Shown here piece by piece: positions 1-8,386 of a DNA stretch of 27,130 nt. The stretch covers positions 1 through 27,130 of the IMG/VR virus record IMGVR_UViG_3300032233_000937; one strand, written 5' to 3'. The position numbers were made by a program, and so were the translations under genes. Under the pieces are notes generated by a model. The model saw only the letters and a program-made list of their open reading frames with translations, searched no databases and was not told where the DNA came from. The stretch's first letter is position 1; every line of letters begins with the position of its first letter. This DNA comes from a virus. Lineage: Duplodnaviria; Caudoviricetes.

Positions 1-1
1 A

Positions 2-405
2 GGTAATCAAGGCAATACAGGAGCTTCAGGTAATCAAGGTAATCAAGGAAATACAGGAGCTTCAGGTAATCAAGGAAATCAGGGTAATCAAGGAAATCAA
101 GGTAATCAGGGTCGTCAAGGACATCAGGGTAATAATGGTGAAAATGGAGTTGGAATTCAAGGAGTTCAGGGGAACCAAGGGAGATCTGGTGCTCAAGGTC
201 CAATCGGACCTCAAGGAGCAGATGGTGCGAATGGTTCAAATGGAACTAATGGAACTAATGGATCTAATGGAGCACAAGGACCAGCAGGAGCACAAGGACC
301 AGCAGGAGCACAAGGACCAGCAGGAGCACAAGGAGCATCAGGAGCACAAGGCTCACAAGGACTTCAAGGGTCTTGCTGTCCAGGACCACAAGGTCCACAA
401 GGGAC
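2..405 (+). repeat. Collagen Gly-X-Y coding repeat (9-bp periodicity)
   Basis: ggN-aat-caR type 9-mers from base 2; perfect 18-bp unit ggagcacaaggaccagca x3 at 269-322, followed by degenerate copies. Confidence 0.95.
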
Positions 406-2200
406 AGACCCTACTAACACTGTCCCAGCAGTAACCAAGAGAGTTGTATTTACTGCACCTAATGGTGCTTCAGTTGCATTATCATCAAGTGCTGGAGTAA
501 CATTTGATTATGATCAAAATAAATTATGTGCATCTAATATTTGCGCTAATAGCGTAGTAGCTACTGACGGAACATTTACAGCAATTAAAATTACCGGAGC
601 TAGTACTGGTAACTTAATTTTCTATGGTGGGGATACATCGTTTAATGATTCTTCACAACTAAGATTTAATTCTACAACTAATCTGCTTCAAACTTCTGCA
701 TTATCTGCAGTTACAGTTAGTGCTAACACAGTAAGTGCAACTACGTATCTAAATCTTCCAGGGTCTGCAACTGTAGGGGGATCTAATACTCAAGTTCAAT
801 TTAATAATAATGGAGTATTTAGTGGAAGTCCAGCACTTACTTGGAACTCAACTGTAAGTTCTCTAAGCTCAACTAATTACTACGTTGCATCTGCAATACA
901 ATTTAATACTGGTGTAACTACGACATTAGCAGTTGGGCAGATATCTTGGAATTCAACTGATCAAACGTTAGATATTCAAACCACTACTGATACTACATTG
1001 CAAGTCGGACAAGAACAAGTAATGCTTGTTGAAAATAAATCCGGCGCTACGATTGCTAATGGTAAAGTAGTGTATGTAAGCGGAACTACAGGTGGATCAG
1101 GTAAGTTGAATGTTGCACTTGCATCAGCATCATCAACAAACTCTGAGACTGCATTCATCATTGGTGTAGCCACCCAAGCAATTCCTGATAATAGTTCAGG
1201 ATTTGTCACTACTTTTGGTAAGGTAAATGGAATTCCACTTCCTACTGCTCAATTTAATGATGGTGACATCGCTTACTTAGGTGATACTCCAGGCGAACTT
1301 AGAAACTATAGACCAAGTAAACCTGGACATGGATATTTCCAGATGGGTCGTGTTGTAAGAGCACACAACACTAATGGAATCCTATTTGTAACAATTCGTG
1401 GTTCGATTGACATGGATGAGATCCACGATGTTGCATCATCCATCCCAGGAAATAATCAAACATTAGTTTATAATTCAACATCTGGATTATATATCCCAAC
1501 TAATTACGCTCTTAGCACATTATCAGATGTTTCAAGCCCATTAAGCCCAAGCAATGGAAAGGTATTAACTTATAGCGGAACTAAGTGGATTGCGTCGTCT
1601 GTCCCATTACTTGCCGGTGGGTCTAATACTCAAGTTCAATTTAATAATAATGGTCTTCTTAGTGGGTGTCCAACAGTAACTATTATTGATGGAGATTTAA
1701 ATGTAAATACTGTAAATGCTGCTAATAAATTAAATACTGCACTTATAGATTCTAATAGTTACAATACAAATACTATCAATTTTACTGATGAAACTTATCC
1801 AATACTTATAACTCCAGATTCCGGTGTAGGTACTGGTAGAGTTAAAGTTGCCGGTACGTTTGAAGCTACAACTTATTATGGGTTGCCTGCGGGATCTTTA
1901 AGCGGATTAACTGACGTTTCAAGTCCATTAAATCCATCAACAGGTAAAGCTTTAATTTATAGTGGAACTAAGTGGATAGCTTCATCTGTAGGAGCTACTC
2001 CAGGTGGATCGAATACTCAAGTTCAATTTAATAATAACGGATCATTCTCCGGTAGCCCAGGAATGACTTATGATAGTTCTACTAGCTCTTTAACTATAAC
2101 CAGTGTAAGTGCTACAAACTACTATAATATTAATGCAAGTATTGTTCCAAATTACTTTGGAGTATTACATGCCATGGTCAGAGGTTTAATATCACCGTAA
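2..2200 (+). CDS. Collagen-like phage fibre protein, 5'-truncated (>732 aa)
   Basis: I read frame 2 as open from base 2 through the track's TTG 'start' at 998 to TAA 2200. Gly-X-Y repeats ([12 protein letters not shown]) to about 405, then an S/T/N-rich beta-type shaft with three [13 protein letters not shown] repeats, two LSxLxDV..GK.L.YSGTKW repeats and a DUF2190/beta-clip-like segment ([17 protein letters not shown]...IGVATQAI...GDIAYL). Confidence 0.85.
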   Translation, partial: GNQGNTGASGNQGNQGNTGASGNQGNQGNQGNQGNQGRQGHQGNNGENGVGIQGVQGNQGRSGAQGPIGPQGADGANGSNGTNGTNGSNGAQGPAGAQGPAGAQGPAGAQGASGAQGSQGLQGSCCPGPQGPQGTDPTNTVPAVTKRVVFTAPNGASVALSSSAGVTFDYDQNKLCASNICANSVVATDGTFTAIKITGASTGNLIFYGGDTSFNDSSQLRFNSTTNLLQTSALSAVTVSANTVSATTYLNLPGSATVGGSNTQVQFNNNGVFSGSPALTWNSTVSSLSSTNYYVASAIQFNTGVTTTLAVGQISWNSTDQTLDIQTTTDTTLQVGQEQVMLVENKSGATIANGKVVYVSGTTGGSGKLNVALASASSTNSETAFIIGVATQAIPDNSSGFVTTFGKVNGIPLPTAQFNDGDIAYLGDTPGELRNYRPSKPGHGYFQMGRVVRAHNTNGILFVTIRGSIDMDEIHDVASSIPGNNQTLVYNSTSGLYIPTNYALSTLSDVSSPLSPSNGKVLTYSGTKWIASSVPLLAGGSNTQVQFNNNGLLSGCPTVTIIDGDLNVNTVNAANKLNTALIDSNSYNTNTINFTDETYPILITPDSGVGTGRVKVAGTFEATTYYGLPAGSLSGLTDVSSPLNPSTGKALIYSGTKWIASSVGATPGGSNTQVQFNNNGSFSGSPGMTYDSSTSSLTITSVSATNYYNINASIVPNYFGVLHAMVRGLISP
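776..2041 (+). repeat. Dispersed intragenic fibre-module repeats
   Basis: [13 protein letters not shown] at 776-814, 1616-1654 and 2003-2041 (near-identical DNA); longer 48-codon unit duplicated at 1511-1654 and 1898-2041. Confidence 0.9.
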
Positions 2201-2212
2201 AAGGAAATTAAT

Positions 2213-2656
2213 ATGCCAGCAAATACAAGTCCTATTTTTACTGTAACACCAAAAATAACTTGGGGAACTACAAATCCTATTGGAACTGTTGCTGTAACAG
2301 GAACTACTTCAACTGCCTATGATGGAACGACAAGTGCTGTTCTTCTTTACACTGCAGGATCTAATGGTGGATTCGTTCAAAAATTAATATTTGAAGCCGG
2401 TGGAACAAACTCTACTGCATCAGTAGCTAGAATATTTATAAATAATGGTAGCACTAACGGAACTGCTGCAAACAATACTTTATTTATGCAATATTCATTA
2501 CCTACGTCAACAGCATCTAATACAACTGCAACATCCCACGTAGAAGTCCCATTAATGCTTCAATTACCTGCATCTTATAGAGTTTATATACTTATAAGTT
2601 CTAGTGCTAACTTATCTACAGGCTGGTATGTGTCGGTGGTTGCTGGTGATTATTAA
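2213..2656 (+). CDS. Small beta-rich virion protein, putative fibre-tip adaptor (147 aa)
   Basis: AAGGA Shine-Dalgarno upstream; starts MPANTSPIF, contains ARIFINNG and ends VVAGDY; T/S/A-rich; sits between the fibre and the Gly-rich genes. Function inferred from position. Confidence 0.6.
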   Translation: MPANTSPIFTVTPKITWGTTNPIGTVAVTGTTSTAYDGTTSAVLLYTAGSNGGFVQKLIFEAGGTNSTASVARIFINNGSTNGTAANNTLFMQYSLPTSTASNTTATSHVEVPLMLQLPASYRVYILISSSANLSTGWYVSVVAGDY

Positions 2657-2662
2657 TGTATT

Positions 2663-3673
2663 ATGATTCAAAATTATTCAAAGCCATACTCTGATAATGA
2701 GATGGTTCAAATCTTTACTGGTCCTGTAGTTAATACAGCAATAACTACCGATTGGAAAGTTTGGAATAAACCAAAAACTGCTTCCTTAGTTTATATATTT
2801 TGCATGGGTGGTGGAGGTGGTGGTGGAGGTGGTGGTGCTCAAGCGACTGGGGCTACTGCTGGTGGCGGGGGCGGGGGCGGATCTGCTGGATACACACACA
2901 ACATATTTCCCGCTGCTCTTTTACCTGACACTCTATATGTAAAAGTTGGGTATGGTGGAATTGGGGGGACTGGACAAGTTAATGGTGGCGCATCACCCAA
3001 TGCAGGTACGGGCGGAGGTTATAGTTATGTATGCTATTTTCCAGATACTACAACTGAATACATACTTTGTGTTGCAACCCCAGGAAATCAAGGTTTCGCT
3101 GCAACTATTGCGGGAGGAAGTGGAGGTAATGGATTTACTCAAACAGGAAAATATAATTTTCTAGGATTTCTTTGGTCTGCTGGAACTAGAATTGCAACTA
3201 CATCAGGAACTACCAGTAGTAATGCAGCGAATGTTTCTTTTGTAGATTCTTCGGCTAATTCTTACAGAGGATGCATGTGTGGTCCAGGTGCTGGTGGAGG
3301 TGGAGCTAGCGCAGGGGTAGCTTATAATGGTGGAAATGTTTTAGTAAGTGGATTAATTAAATCATTAATGGGTTTAACTAATTCATTTATTCCTGGTGGA
3401 ATTGGTGGGGCACCTGGAAGTAGTGGTCAAAATGGGTATAATCATGGCTTAAATTTAACTTCAAATTTTGAATCAATAATAAAAAATTATATGCTTTGTT
3501 CTACTGGAGGTTCTGGAGGGGGAGGAAGCACTACAGGAAATGCTGGTAATGGTGGTCATGGTGGATTTGGGTCTGGTGGTGCAGGGGGAGGTGGGACTAC
3601 TGGTGGGTCGGGAAGTATTGGGGGTAGAGGTGGAGATGGGGGACCTGGTATAGTTGCAATTATATGTTATTAA
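2663..3673 (+). CDS. Glycine-rich domain protein 1, putative polyglycine adhesin (336 aa)
   Basis: WNKPKTASLVYIFCMGGGGGGGGGG...LPDTLYVKVGYGGIGG...GFGSGGAGGGG...GGDGGPGIVAIICY; pattern of phage Gly-rich tail-associated domains. Confidence 0.75.
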   Translation: MIQNYSKPYSDNEMVQIFTGPVVNTAITTDWKVWNKPKTASLVYIFCMGGGGGGGGGGAQATGATAGGGGGGGSAGYTHNIFPAALLPDTLYVKVGYGGIGGTGQVNGGASPNAGTGGGYSYVCYFPDTTTEYILCVATPGNQGFAATIAGGSGGNGFTQTGKYNFLGFLWSAGTRIATTSGTTSSNAANVSFVDSSANSYRGCMCGPGAGGGGASAGVAYNGGNVLVSGLIKSLMGLTNSFIPGGIGGAPGSSGQNGYNHGLNLTSNFESIIKNYMLCSTGGSGGGGSTTGNAGNGGHGGFGSGGAGGGGTTGGSGSIGGRGGDGGPGIVAIICY

Positions 3674-3674
3674 T

Positions 3675-4739
3675 ATGACTACGCAATTTTTAAATTTAAT
3701 TTCAAATACCAACAATAAAATTTCATTTTATCCTGGACCTACAGGCGATGCCTCTGCAACAAGAGCAAATCAAATATCTTTAAGAAATTATGAATATACT
3801 TGGGATAAACCTAATGGTTGTAAATTTGTGTATATTCTTGCAGTTGGTGGGGGTGGAGGTGGTGGTGGAGGTGGATCATATACATCCTTAGTTGCCACTG
3901 CAGGGGTTGGTGGTGGGGGTGGCGGTGGAGGTGGTGGAACCGCTGTTGGATTATTTAATGCAACTATGCTACCTAATAAATTATATGTAACTCCAGGTTG
4001 CGGAGGTATTGGAGGGGTAGGCGGTTACAATAGTAATGCTGGAACTGCTGGATTACCAGGAAATCCATCTAAAGTTTCTTTTATCTCTAACCCAAGTCCA
4101 GGTATTGCAATGGTTTTAATTGCATCAGTTAATTCAACTTCTGGGGGTGCTGGTGGAACCAGTACTGCTGGAGGTCAAAATGGTTATAATCCTACAGTTC
4201 CTAATAGTAGTAGTATTTATAATTCATACAATTCAATAAGTTTTCCTAGTATTACTACCTACGGTGATGCTGATAATAGTACTTATAGTGTAAATGGTGG
4301 TGCGGGTGGTAGGCTGGCATCTGGTACTTCAACTCAGGCTACATTTTTTACAGTGGGTGGTGGAGGTGGAGGTGGAACAAATGTAACAGCCGTTACTGCA
4401 TATAGGGGTGGAAATTGTTTGCCATCTAATAATAATGCACTTAGGCATCAATTTATTCATGCCGTATCAGGTGGAGACTTAGGAATGAATGGAGAACCAG
4501 GATCAAAAACTTGTATGATAAATAATTCAAATTTTGATATAACTAATATAAATTATCCATTATTTAATTTAGGTGGTGGGGGTGGGGGTGGTCAATATAA
4601 TGGTAACGCTGGAAACGGTGGTGAAGGATCTTGGGGCTCTGGTGGAGGGGGAGGTGGTGGTGCAACAGGAGCTTTAGTTTATGGTGGTAATGGTGGTAAT
4701 GGCGGTCCTGGGTTTGTAATAATAATCTCTATTTTTTAA
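3675..4739 (+). CDS. Glycine-rich domain protein 2, putative polyglycine adhesin (354 aa)
   Basis: ATG 3675, one base after the upstream TAA, preferred over TTG 3654. WDKPNGCKFVYILAVGGGGGGG...LPNKLYVTPGCGGIGG...GSWGSGGGGGGG...GGNGGPGFVIIISIF. Confidence 0.75.
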   Translation: MTTQFLNLISNTNNKISFYPGPTGDASATRANQISLRNYEYTWDKPNGCKFVYILAVGGGGGGGGGGSYTSLVATAGVGGGGGGGGGGTAVGLFNATMLPNKLYVTPGCGGIGGVGGYNSNAGTAGLPGNPSKVSFISNPSPGIAMVLIASVNSTSGGAGGTSTAGGQNGYNPTVPNSSSIYNSYNSISFPSITTYGDADNSTYSVNGGAGGRLASGTSTQATFFTVGGGGGGGTNVTAVTAYRGGNCLPSNNNALRHQFIHAVSGGDLGMNGEPGSKTCMINNSNFDITNINYPLFNLGGGGGGGQYNGNAGNGGEGSWGSGGGGGGGATGALVYGGNGGNGGPGFVIIISIF

Positions 4740-4741
4740 TT

Positions 4742-5842
4742 ATGACTTTACAAAATACTAATTTAGTTTATTCTGATAAACATCAAACAGCATTTTTCTT
4801 TGGTGAAATTGGGCAAACATCTAATTGGAAAGTTTGGAATAAACCAGCCGGATGTAAGTTTGTAAATATTTTTGTATTAGGTGGTGGAGGTGGTGGTGGA
4901 GGTGGACAATCCTGTAGTGGAAATGCAAATTATTTAGGAGGCGGGGCCGGGGGCGGAGGTGGTGGAATGTTTTCACTGTTTGTTCCAGCCATGTTCATTC
5001 CAGATACTTTATACATTAATTGCGGGCAAGGTGGATTAGGTGGATCAGGAGATTATTATGATGGAACTACAACAACCACTAGTGCAGTATCAGGGTCTAG
5101 TGGAGGAAATACGTATGTATGTGCATACCCAGATACTAATGTTGGAAATATATTATGTTTAGGAACTAGCGGGATAGGTGGTGGTGTTGCTGGAGCTTAT
5201 ATTGATACAAATGTGTCTGCAATGGCCCCAGGAGGGGCAGGAGGAATTATACCATTAACCACAATTTTCCCATTTAGAACAATTGGATTTCCATCAATAG
5301 CAAGAGGGTCTTCAGGTAGTAATGGATGTAAAACTTTTTATACTGGAATTACACAATATCCATTAGGGGGAACAACAGTATTAAATGGTACAACTGCATT
5401 TTCCACGGGGGGATGTGGTGGTGATGCAGTTCGTGGGGATGCTAGTAATCCAAATATTTCAGGGAGGGTAGGTGGATTCACAAATTCAGCAGGAACAGGA
5501 ATAACTGAATTTCCATCATACATTTTAACCACTGTAGATACTAGACCTAAAAATGTTAATGGTTTAAATAGTTGGAATAATTATAGTAATTTTAATTCAA
5601 TGGGATCTTTAACTAATTTTCTTGTTGGATTACCTTTTTTATCTAGTGGGGGTTATGGTGGGTATTTCACAGTTTCCCCCTCATCTGCTACAAATGGTAG
5701 CGAAGGTGGAAATGGGGGGTTTGGTTCCGGGGGTGGGGGTGGTGGTGCAGTTGCTGCAGGAAATAATCCAAGTCAAGTTCATCAGGGTGGTAGCGGAGGT
5801 AGTGGAGGTCCTGGATTAGTTTATATTGAATGTTTAATTTAG
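4742..5842 (+). CDS. Glycine-rich domain protein 3, putative polyglycine adhesin (366 aa)
   Basis: WNKPAGCKFVNIFVLGGGGGGGGG...IPDTLYINCGQGGLGG...GFGSGGGGGG...GGSGGPGLVYIECLI. Confidence 0.75.
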   Translation: MTLQNTNLVYSDKHQTAFFFGEIGQTSNWKVWNKPAGCKFVNIFVLGGGGGGGGGQSCSGNANYLGGGAGGGGGGMFSLFVPAMFIPDTLYINCGQGGLGGSGDYYDGTTTTTSAVSGSSGGNTYVCAYPDTNVGNILCLGTSGIGGGVAGAYIDTNVSAMAPGGAGGIIPLTTIFPFRTIGFPSIARGSSGSNGCKTFYTGITQYPLGGTTVLNGTTAFSTGGCGGDAVRGDASNPNISGRVGGFTNSAGTGITEFPSYILTTVDTRPKNVNGLNSWNNYSNFNSMGSLTNFLVGLPFLSSGGYGGYFTVSPSSATNGSEGGNGGFGSGGGGGGAVAAGNNPSQVHQGGSGGSGGPGLVYIECLI

Positions 5843-6066
5843 TTTACCTTATCACCACGCTTCAAAGATGAAACCAATCTAAGCATTACATTTTCTCGTA
5901 TCCCATCTAACTCTCTGTAGATGCTAGTTAATGAATTCAAAGTATCCAACCCAATCTTCTTACCTTTCAATGCCTTAATCTCATCACTCAAACGCTCTAA
6001 CGTATTTTGTTGAGTTGGTGTGAAATTATATAAAGAATCTAATAGAGTTTCAGCTTTTATAGTCAT
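5839..6066 (-). CDS. Small helical hypothetical protein (75 aa), translationally coupled to the helicase
   Basis: ATGA overlap with the helicase stop at 6063-6066; amphipathic helical composition. Confidence 0.7.
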   Translation of the reverse strand: MTIKAETLLDSLYNFTPTQQNTLERLSDEIKALKGKKIGLDTLNSLTSIYRELDGIRENVMLRLVSSLKRGDKVN

Positions 6067-7436
6067 AATTTAATCCACAATATGTCGTGGCCTTCTTTTC
6101 GATAGTGTTTGATTCTAGCCTTAGAGTGCTCGCGCATGTAAGGTATTTCATCCATAAAATCGTATACCATTACTGAGCTTTTGTCTTTAGCCTTTCGCAT
6201 ACCACGACCAAGACCTTGAATCGTAGGTATCTTATCCTTCAATCCACGAGCGTTGATAAGATGGCTAATCTCTTCAATATTAATTCCAGTCTGAAGGACT
6301 TTGGTGCCGATGAGGAAGGCAGCTTTCTTGGACTTTAAGAAGCCTTTAATAGCCTCCTGGCGCTCTGAAAGGGAGTTGATGCCCTCTAGGGTGAAGGAGT
6401 TTGGAATGGCCTTCCTAAGCGTTTCTAGGTGTGCTAGGTTCTTGACCAGGATACAGACCTTAGCCTCAGAACTAGCAGCAGCAATCTTAGCAGCTAATTC
6501 TACGATCATCTTATTACGCTTCTCTGAGTTTACAATAAACTTATCATACAGGTTAATGTAAGTATCATCCATATCCTCAGGCTTGAGGTCGTCTGTATAT
6601 TCAATAATTTGAATAACAGGTTTTGCTAGCTTGTTCTCATCAATAAGCTCCTGGGTTGTTTTGGTGCTTATTTTATCCCCAAACGCGCCTCGTAATGTGA
6701 GTTGACCAATAGGATCGTCTGGAAGAGTAGCTGTAAATCCGAAACGGTATTGAGCATTAGGAAAGCTCTGAATAGCAGCGACCGCAATCTCACCTCTACA
6801 GAATTTATGAACTTCGTCAACAATCAACACCTCCGCTTGTTCTAAATGTGTATCAAATATCTTTTCGATACTTTGAACGGTAGACAACATTATTCTACCA
6901 TCTTTGTAATCTCCACCGAGATTAATTCCAACGTCTTTGAATCCACACTTCTTAGTTAGGTATTCAAAGGTTTGAGTAAGGATACTGCGCTCATCGAATA
7001 GAATCACAACCTTATCCTCTGAGAAGGCCGTAAGAAGAGCAGCTAGTATTAAAGTCTTGCCCGATCCCGTAGGCGATAGTATTAAAGCTCTTTGAGCCTT
7101 TAGAGCTTCATAGACAGCTTTTTCTTGGTAATCAAAAAGTTTAAATTCCTTGATCTGGGTTTCAAATACAAATCCCGTGCGAGGCTCGTAATCTCTTATT
7201 ATACTGGGTTTGCACCCTACCTTATCAAGGTCAGCTAGGATGCCATTTAAAAGCCCAGTTTTAAACTTTCCACCGGGAGTTATAAACCGCTTCTTACCAT
7301 CCCAACCTCGTCTTTGGTAGGCTGGGGTATACTGATGACCTTGAACTGGGAAAGCCCAGTTGTCTGATAAAACTTTTATAATTTGTGGGTTATCAGTCTC
7401 TATTAAGGAGTCTATAATTCCTACTCTAATTTTCAT
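6063..7436 (-). CDS. uvsW: UvsW-like superfamily 2 DNA helicase (457 aa from ATG 7436)
   Basis: Q motif LFDYQ, Walker A SPTGSGKT, DEVH, motif III TAT, QTGINI, motif VI QGLGRGMR, C-terminal VYDFMD..EHSKARIKHY; N-terminal YQRRGWDGKKRF typical of the UvsW family. Track start GTG 7442 is the alternative. Confidence 0.88.
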   Translation of the reverse strand: MKIRVGIIDSLIETDNPQIIKVLSDNWAFPVQGHQYTPAYQRRGWDGKKRFITPGGKFKTGLLNGILADLDKVGCKPSIIRDYEPRTGFVFETQIKEFKLFDYQEKAVYEALKAQRALILSPTGSGKTLILAALLTAFSEDKVVILFDERSILTQTFEYLTKKCGFKDVGINLGGDYKDGRIMLSTVQSIEKIFDTHLEQAEVLIVDEVHKFCRGEIAVAAIQSFPNAQYRFGFTATLPDDPIGQLTLRGAFGDKISTKTTQELIDENKLAKPVIQIIEYTDDLKPEDMDDTYINLYDKFIVNSEKRNKMIVELAAKIAAASSEAKVCILVKNLAHLETLRKAIPNSFTLEGINSLSERQEAIKGFLKSKKAAFLIGTKVLQTGINIEEISHLINARGLKDKIPTIQGLGRGMRKAKDKSSVMVYDFMDEIPYMREHSKARIKHYRKEGHDILWIKL

Positions 7437-7443
7437 ACTCACT

Positions 7444-7473
7444 ATTATAGTAAGTAAAGGAATTATATGGCAA
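7444..7473 (-). promoter_or_regulatory. Candidate sigma70-type promoter for the helicase operon
   Basis: Minus strand TTGCCA (7473-7468), 18 nt spacer, TATAAT (7449-7444), then 7 nt to ATG 7436. Confidence 0.55.
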
Positions 7474-8210
7474 AATTAGATAACGTAGGTGATAGAGATT
7501 CTAGGTTGGAAAAGCTGTTCGGAGAGATGCCGTCAGAAACGGATATGGTCGTTGATCTACCCTCGGAAGGTAGATTTTACGCTGCAGGGACTGCCAAGGT
7601 GACAGTTACTCCAATTAAGTTTGAGGATGAAAAGCAATTAGCGTCCAGCTTAAAGAATAAGATAAATCCAGTAAATTTAATTATAAATAGGTGTGTTCAA
7701 GGCATCGACACCAACTCGCTAGTGCTAATGGATAAGTTGTTCCTACTATTAAAAGTAAGAGAAATATCCTATGGAGCCACTTATCCTGCAAGCATAACCT
7801 GCCCTAAGTGCTCGGCTGAATCAGAAGTTAGTATAGATTTATCTAACTTATCAATTAATAAGTTACCAGAAGATATCACTGATCCAAGAGAAATAACCCT
7901 GCCAAAACTTAAGAAGAAGGCTAAGGTTAGATTCCCACGGGTGTCGGATGAGCAGTATTTAAATAGCCAGGAGCAGATTTATAATAATATTTGGAGATTT
8001 ATTTCTGAGCTAGACGGAGTTAAAGATCCGGTATTTATAAGCAAAGCTATACCTAAAATGCATATTATGGACATTAAATTTATTATAAACCATATTATGC
8101 GCCCTGATCTAGGTTTAGATCCTAGATTTATTTACGAATGCAATAGCTGTGGTGGGTACACTGAAATGGCGGTTCCGATAACCGAAAATTTTTTTTCAGT
8201 GACCTCGTAA
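7467..8210 (+). CDS. T4 gp26-like baseplate hub/tail assembly chaperone (247 aa)
   Basis: AAAGGA SD; VDLPSEGRFY, DKLFLLLKVREISYG, CPKC, EITLPKLK..VRFPRVSDE, CNSC, C-terminal NFF: motif series of the T4 gp26-like family. Confidence 0.8.
   Translation: MAKLDNVGDRDSRLEKLFGEMPSETDMVVDLPSEGRFYAAGTAKVTVTPIKFEDEKQLASSLKNKINPVNLIINRCVQGIDTNSLVLMDKLFLLLKVREISYGATYPASITCPKCSAESEVSIDLSNLSINKLPEDITDPREITLPKLKKKAKVRFPRVSDEQYLNSQEQIYNNIWRFISELDGVKDPVFISKAIPKMHIMDIKFIINHIMRPDLGLDPRFIYECNSCGGYTEMAVPITENFFSVTS
8186..8196 (+). promoter_or_regulatory. Candidate -1 ribosomal frameshift slippery site (A AAT TTT / T TTT TTT)
   Basis: gaA AAT TTT TTT Tca: two overlapping X XXY YYZ heptamers in the correct phase, just before the gp26-like stop, opening onto a -1 frame ORF. 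Confidence 0.7.
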
Positions 8211-8386
8211 ATGAATTATATTTAGAAAATCTGCTCTTTGAAGCCTACATATTGGTAAGTAAATGCAATTTTACTTATAGCGATGTTAAGGATATGACCA
8301 AGATAGAACGAGGGGTATTCTTAAAACTTTATGCTGATCAATTAAAGGCCGAGAAAGATGCTATTGAACAATATAAACGTCAGTGA
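8192..8386 (+). CDS. Start-less -1 frame extension of the chaperone (gp51/P2 gpE'/lambda gpT-like segment, 64 aa)
   Basis: FFSDLVNELYLENLLFEAYILVSKCNFTYSDVKDMTKIERGVFLKLYADQLKAEKDAIEQYKRQ*. Frame open from 8165 to TGA 8384-8386, first ATG only at 8294; F-T-Y-S-D-V..M...ER..F pattern resembles gp51/gpE'-type segments. Not in the ORF track. Confidence 0.75.
   Translation, partial: FFSDLVNELYLENLLFEAYILVSKCNFTYSDVKDMTKIERGVFLKLYADQLKAEKDAIEQYKRQ

Noticed and set aside
135-434. 99-aa ORF with EHKDQQ repeats
   Set aside because: Alternate-frame shadow of the collagen Gly-X-Y repeat in the real fibre gene.
998-1000. TTG start for a 400-aa protein
   Set aside because: The frame is open back to base 2; the gene starts outside the window.
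776-2041. Three near-identical ~32-bp repeats as a possible CRISPR array or DGR template/variable pair
   Set aside because: Spacing is 840 and 387 bp, all copies are in-frame coding, differences are not adenine-specific, and no cas1/cas2 or reverse transcriptase is present.
3654-3674. Track start at TTG 3654
   Set aside because: ATG 3675 follows the upstream stop by one base, matching the local junction pattern and paralogue N-termini.
2800-5760. G-rich tracts as phase-variable poly-G or G-quadruplex elements
   Set aside because: Explained by GGN glycine codons; homopolymer runs are short (about 5 G) and all frames are intact.
8192-8386. Pseudogene or sequencing-error explanation for the start-less ORF
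   Set aside because: The upstream gene ends with the family-typical FF terminus and the -1 offset fits a canonical slippery site; an error is not excluded without reads but is less likely.
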